Part shown: positions 44,818 through 48,307 of the stretch, piece after piece | Layout of the letters: each line of letters opens with the position of its first letter | How positions within the stretch are numbered: the stretch's first letter is position 1 | IMG/VR virus record: IMGVR_UViG_3300011403_000004 | Coordinates: 1 to 48,307 of that record | Source: a virus | Lineage: Duplodnaviria; Caudoviricetes | Length of the DNA stretch: 48,307 bases | Strand: one strand, 5' to 3' | Notes under the pieces: generated by a model | Databases searched by the model: none | Seen by the model: the letters and a program-made list of their open reading frames with translations, nothing else | Told to the model about the DNA's origin: nothing | Program-made: the position numbers and the translations under genes

Positions 44818-45396
44818 ATGACTGATTATACGGATCGACTCCATCGCGCCGAGTGGGAAGTAAGGCCCATGACCAACCTCTCAGTTGCTGCTGAGCTCGT
44901 GCGGCAGTATCACTATGCGGCCGGCGCTGCCAATACGGCTACCTATCTGCATGGGTTGTTCCGGATCGGTGCATTTTGGGAAACTGAGTGTATGGGTGTG
45001 GCCTGGTGGATACCGCCGACCAAGAGTGCAGCACTCGCCACCTATCCGGCAAACTGGCAAAGCGTGTTATGCCTCAGTCGGTTAGTGATTGCGCCCGGCG
45101 TACCAAAGAACGCTTGCACCTTTCTGCTTGCCCGATCGCGCAAACTGATCGACCGATCCGCATGGCCGTGCTTGGTCACGTACGCCGACGATTGGCAAGG
45201 CCACAGCGGCGCGATCTATCGCGCCGACAACTGGCACTATGTCGGGAAGACTAAGCCCGAACGATTGTACACACTAGGCGGGCGCATGATCGCGCGCAAG
45301 GCTGGGCCAACAACACGCCGGCATGACGAGATGATCGCGCTCGGGGCTGAGTGTTTGGGCAGCTTCGCGAAACACAAGTACATGAGGTTGACATGA
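44818..45396 (+). CDS. Mom-family (GNAT-fold) adenine-modification protein
   Basis: RQYHY, LSRLVI...PKNACTFLL and VTYAD..QGHSGAIYRADNW.YVG motifs. Confidence 0.8.
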   Translation: MTDYTDRLHRAEWEVRPMTNLSVAAELVRQYHYAAGAANTATYLHGLFRIGAFWETECMGVAWWIPPTKSAALATYPANWQSVLCLSRLVIAPGVPKNACTFLLARSRKLIDRSAWPCLVTYADDWQGHSGAIYRADNWHYVGKTKPERLYTLGGRMIARKAGPTTRRHDEMIALGAECLGSFAKHKYMRLT

Positions 45397-45578
45397 ATCT
45401 CCCTCCGGATCTGCTAGCGCACGGCTACAAACTGATCGAGCGCGGCCCCGGCCGGCTGTTTGCCGTGTCAACCCTCTGGGGCTGCACCTCGACCAAAGAC
45501 ACGCTGCCGGCGGTTATCAGGGAAGCCCGATCGCTGATCGGCTTCTGCCAATGGATGAACAGAAAGGGCTTGCGATGA
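45393..45578 (+). CDS. Hypothetical protein
   Basis: GAGG RBS; ATGA overlaps. Confidence 0.55.
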   Translation: MNLPPDLLAHGYKLIERGPGRLFAVSTLWGCTSTKDTLPAVIREARSLIGFCQWMNRKGLR

Positions 45579-47257
45579 TTGCAACCTATACCCCTGAAGA
45601 GCAGTTAGCCGCCCGGATCATTGCGAGCCTGATCTATCCTGACTACCCTGGGGGCCCAGACCTCGAAACGGATAGCGGCATGGTCGGACTGCTCGGGCCG
45701 GCGATCGAGGGCTGCCGCGATCCGTATCATATGGCGGCGATCACGATGCCGATCGACGGCGTGCTGCGCGACTGCTCAGGCGACGCCGCAACGGCCTGGG
45801 AAGGGCTGCGGCAGATGTCGAGCGCCATGCGGCCCTATGCGCGGCTCGACCCGCTCATTCGCGAGATGGGCGGCGCGATCCAGTTGCCGCCGCTCCGGCC
45901 GGTAGCGCCGGCCAACGGCAACGGACGCAAGGAGTATACCGTTGACTGGACAAAGCAGGGCATTACGCTGGCAGACCTGCAGAACAAAGATTTCCCGCCT
46001 GAGCGCTGGATTGTCGAGGGGATTCTGCCCGAAGGCGCGCTGCTGTTCGCAGCCAAGTATAAATCGAAAAAGTCATGGATGGTGCTTGCAATCGGCATCG
46101 CGATCAGCATGGGCGGCATGGCTCTGGGCCGGCTGCCGGTTGTGCAAGGCGATGTCCTCTACCTCGACCTGGAGGGCCGGCAGCAACGAATACAGAAGCG
46201 CACGCGCGCCATGCTGGGAGTGCAACAATGCGCCTGGCCGGATAACTTTACGGTGTTTACGAAATGGCGTCGAGGTGCCGAGGGGCTAGAAGACTTAGAG
46301 CACTGGCTGATGGCCCATCCCAACGCCGCTATGATCGTGATCGACGTGCTCGCATCGTTTCGCCGCCCGATGGAAAAGCATGAAGGCTTCTACGAATACG
46401 ATCGCGAAACAGTCGACCCGATCAACGAGCTGGGAGAAAAGTATCACGTTGGGATCATCCTTGTCCATCACTTCAACAAAGGCAAGCACGACGATATCAT
46501 GGATAGTATCACCGGCTCGACCGGCCTTCCTTCGGCAGTTAACACCATGTGGGCGCTCAGGCGCGATGTCAACGACTCGTCAATTCAGGTGCTTGAGATG
46601 CGCGGGCGCGATCTGGAAAATGACGAGCCCCTAGCACTCAAGTGGGATACCTATCTCAACCAGCATATCATCGAGGGCCCAGCGGCAGAAGTGGCGATCA
46701 GCACCGAGCGCAAAGCGATCTTGTCAGCCCTGAGCGACGACGAGCCCCGCACGCCGAAGGACATCGCAACCGAGCTCAGTCGACCGGTCGAGACGATCAA
46801 GCAACTGCTACGAAAGTTGCTCAACGAAGGAATCATCGACAAAGTAGGATACGGCAAGTATGCGCGCGTGCCAAAACGCGATCACTCTGATCACTCTGAT
46901 CACTCTGATCACTCTGATCACTCTGATCACTCTGGGGATAATGCAGCCGAGAGTGATCGCAAGAGTGATCGGTACCCCCCAAGAGTGATCGGTGATTCTG
47001 TTACCGATCACTCTTTGCTTGAGGCAACAGAAAGCCCTAAAGTACCCCAAAAAGACAAGAGTGATCGGAGTGATCAGCATATACAGGGGGGCGATCTTTT
47101 CGATGCGATCACGCCTGAAGGACTGACGCCGGCCCAGTGGGAACAGGCCCGCTATACGCTCGCGCTGGGGCACTTCTCAGCATTCGCCGACGTCGCTCGA
47201 TCGATCCCGATGGACTATCACGAATTGAAAAAGCTCGTCGAGGGCTCGACCGGATGA
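45575..47257 (+). CDS. RepA/AAA_25-type SF4-like replicative helicase with C-terminal HTH
   Basis: WIVEGILP, Walker A variant AAKYKSKKS, VLYLDLE, IVIDVL, LVHHFNK, GSTGL; wHTH (TPKDIATEL...GKY). Confidence 0.85.
   Translation: MIATYTPEEQLAARIIASLIYPDYPGGPDLETDSGMVGLLGPAIEGCRDPYHMAAITMPIDGVLRDCSGDAATAWEGLRQMSSAMRPYARLDPLIREMGGAIQLPPLRPVAPANGNGRKEYTVDWTKQGITLADLQNKDFPPERWIVEGILPEGALLFAAKYKSKKSWMVLAIGIAISMGGMALGRLPVVQGDVLYLDLEGRQQRIQKRTRAMLGVQQCAWPDNFTVFTKWRRGAEGLEDLEHWLMAHPNAAMIVIDVLASFRRPMEKHEGFYEYDRETVDPINELGEKYHVGIILVHHFNKGKHDDIMDSITGSTGLPSAVNTMWALRRDVNDSSIQVLEMRGRDLENDEPLALKWDTYLNQHIIEGPAAEVAISTERKAILSALSDDEPRTPKDIATELSRPVETIKQLLRKLLNEGIIDKVGYGKYARVPKRDHSDHSDHSDHSDHSDHSGDNAAESDRKSDRYPPRVIGDSVTDHSLLEATESPKVPQKDKSDRSDQHIQGGDLFDAITPEGLTPAQWEQARYTLALGHFSAFADVARSIPMDYHELKKLVEGSTG
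46880..47075. repeat. GATCACTCT iteron array (six tandem plus dispersed/inverted copies); putative replication origin
   Basis: Tandem 46880-46933; inverted AGAGTGATC at 46950, 46962, 46982 and 47058; direct copy at 47006; 13-bp stem 46981-47015. Confidence 0.85.
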
Positions 47258-47988
47258 ACTTCTACGTTGGCCTGCACCAGCCAAGCGACGCGCGCCATTT
47301 CGACCGGTGCATGGTCAGCGTCGCGCGGCTGCGCAACCGGCGATCTGACTTTGTAGTAAACGAGTGGATGATGGACAGCGGGGCATTTATGGAACTCAAG
47401 AACCATGGCGCGTATCGCGATAGTGTCAGCACCTACGCTGCCCAGGTGCGCCGCTGGTCGAGGTGCGGATCACTTGTCGCAGCTGTCGCGCAAGATTACA
47501 TGTGCGAGCCGTTCATGCTCGCCATCACCGGCATGGATGTCGCGACCCATCAGCGACTGACGATCGAGCGATACGATGCGCTGATGGCTGAGCAAACCGG
47601 CGTGTATATTCTGCCAGTGCTGCAGGGCTATCGGCCCGAAGAGTACCGATCGCACCTCGACCAATACGGGTCGAGGCTGGGCCCAGGCGCATGGGTCGGC
47701 GTCGGGTCAGTCTGCAAGCGCAACGGCAGCCCGGCGGCGATCCGCGATGTGCTGTATACCATTGCGCGGGCCCGGCCGGATCTGAGGCTGCACGGCTTCG
47801 GGCTCAAAAAAACCGCGATGTCGAGTGCGGTTATTCGCGACTATCTCGCCAGCGCTGATAGCATGGCATGGAGCTATGCAGCACGGCGCGAGGGCCGCAA
47901 CGCCAATAGCTACAAAGAGGCCCAGGTATATGATCGCCGGGTTGCAGGTCACTACGACGATCTGCCGATGTTTGGAGGACAGCCATGA
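47254..47988 (+). CDS. dpdA: DpdA/TGT-like DNA 7-deazaguanine transglycosylase
   Basis: MDSGAF, QDYMCEP, PVLQG, GVGSVC, LHGFG and SADSMAWS motifs of the TGT fold. Confidence 0.82.
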   Translation: MNFYVGLHQPSDARHFDRCMVSVARLRNRRSDFVVNEWMMDSGAFMELKNHGAYRDSVSTYAAQVRRWSRCGSLVAAVAQDYMCEPFMLAITGMDVATHQRLTIERYDALMAEQTGVYILPVLQGYRPEEYRSHLDQYGSRLGPGAWVGVGSVCKRNGSPAAIRDVLYTIARARPDLRLHGFGLKKTAMSSAVIRDYLASADSMAWSYAARREGRNANSYKEAQVYDRRVAGHYDDLPMFGGQP

Positions 47989-48307
47989 TCGGCGCGATGC
48001 CCAACTACCACACTGAGATTAGCACCGAGAGCGCGCATCGGTTCGCCCTGCCGCGCATGTGCCCAGTCTCAGGCAACCCGCAGCCCGGATCGGTGCTGAC
48101 TGTCCAGTATACCGCCGGGGCATTCTTTCTTGAGATCGAGAGCATGGGCGAGTACATCGCAAGCTATATCGGGGGCCGGCCGATCGGGCGCGATCTGATC
48201 CGCGACATGGAGCAGACCATACAGCAGATCGCGATCGACTGTGCGGCGGTCGTCGAGGTGCCGGTAACCGTTACCGCTGACCTGAAGATCGCCGACGATC
48301 CAAAAGA
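47985..48307 (+). CDS. QueF-like (T-fold) protein, 122 aa, continuing across the junction to 169
   Basis: GGAGG RBS and ATGA coupling to dpdA; MCPVSGNP...VQY...LEIESMGEYIASY...RDMEQTIQQIAID pattern. Confidence 0.75.
   Translation, partial: MIGAMPNYHTEISTESAHRFALPRMCPVSGNPQPGSVLTVQYTAGAFFLEIESMGEYIASYIGGRPIGRDLIRDMEQTIQQIAIDCAAVVEVPVTVTADLKIADDPK
48185..48307. repeat. Terminal direct repeat, copy 2
   Basis: Identical to 1-123. Confidence 0.97.

Noticed and set aside
46880-46933. Tandem repeat as a CRISPR array
   Set aside because: 9-bp units with no spacers, in frame within a CDS.
48185-48307. 123-bp terminal repeat as a biological DTR
   Set aside because: It falls mid-gene and has the form of an assembler overlap, so it shows circularity only.
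1-48307. Genome-wide stop-codon reassignment
   Set aside because: TAG, TGA and TAA all end well-defined genes, and core genes are intact in the standard code.

Overview
The window is a complete, circularly assembled genome of a GC-rich tailed dsDNA phage (siphovirus-type). Positions 1-123 are identical to 48185-48307, giving a unit length of 48,184 bp. There are two divergent arms. The minus-strand late arm (40800 to 8163) encodes: amidase endolysin and small membrane proteins; TerS/TerL; portal; a MuF-like/metallopeptidase head protein; a 969-aa ParB(ddrB)-like internal protein; HK97-type protease/scaffold; major capsid protein; a glycosylation cassette of four GT2 glycosyltransferases, a GNAT and a DegT aminotransferase; a beta-helix spike; head-tail and tail genes; tape measure; and baseplate. 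The plus-strand early/middle arm (40965, through the junction, to 8081) encodes RHH/HTH regulators, an SSB-like protein, a RepA/AAA_25-type helicase containing GATC iterons, a VRR-NUC nuclease and several membrane proteins. It also carries an unusually rich DNA-modification set: Mom-like GNAT, DpdA-like transglycosylase, a divergent QueF-like protein split by the window ends, an N6/N4 methyltransferase, a PP-loop/PAPS-reductase-like enzyme and a short C5 methyltransferase. I recognised no integrase, DNA polymerase or tRNA. The most notable observations are: (1) a putative virion-glycosylation pathway with its own amino-sugar enzymes inside the morphogenesis operon; (2) a 24-aa copy of the capsid N-arm on the large internal protein, plus recurring K-(D/E/A/H) sites suggesting protease-processed cargo polyproteins; (3) DpdA plus QueF-like without preQ0 synthesis genes; (4) a probable +1 tail-chaperone frameshift; (5) a shared 22-bp late-gene motif. 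A Chloroflexota-like host is only a tentative inference. All family calls come from reading motifs by eye; no searches were run.
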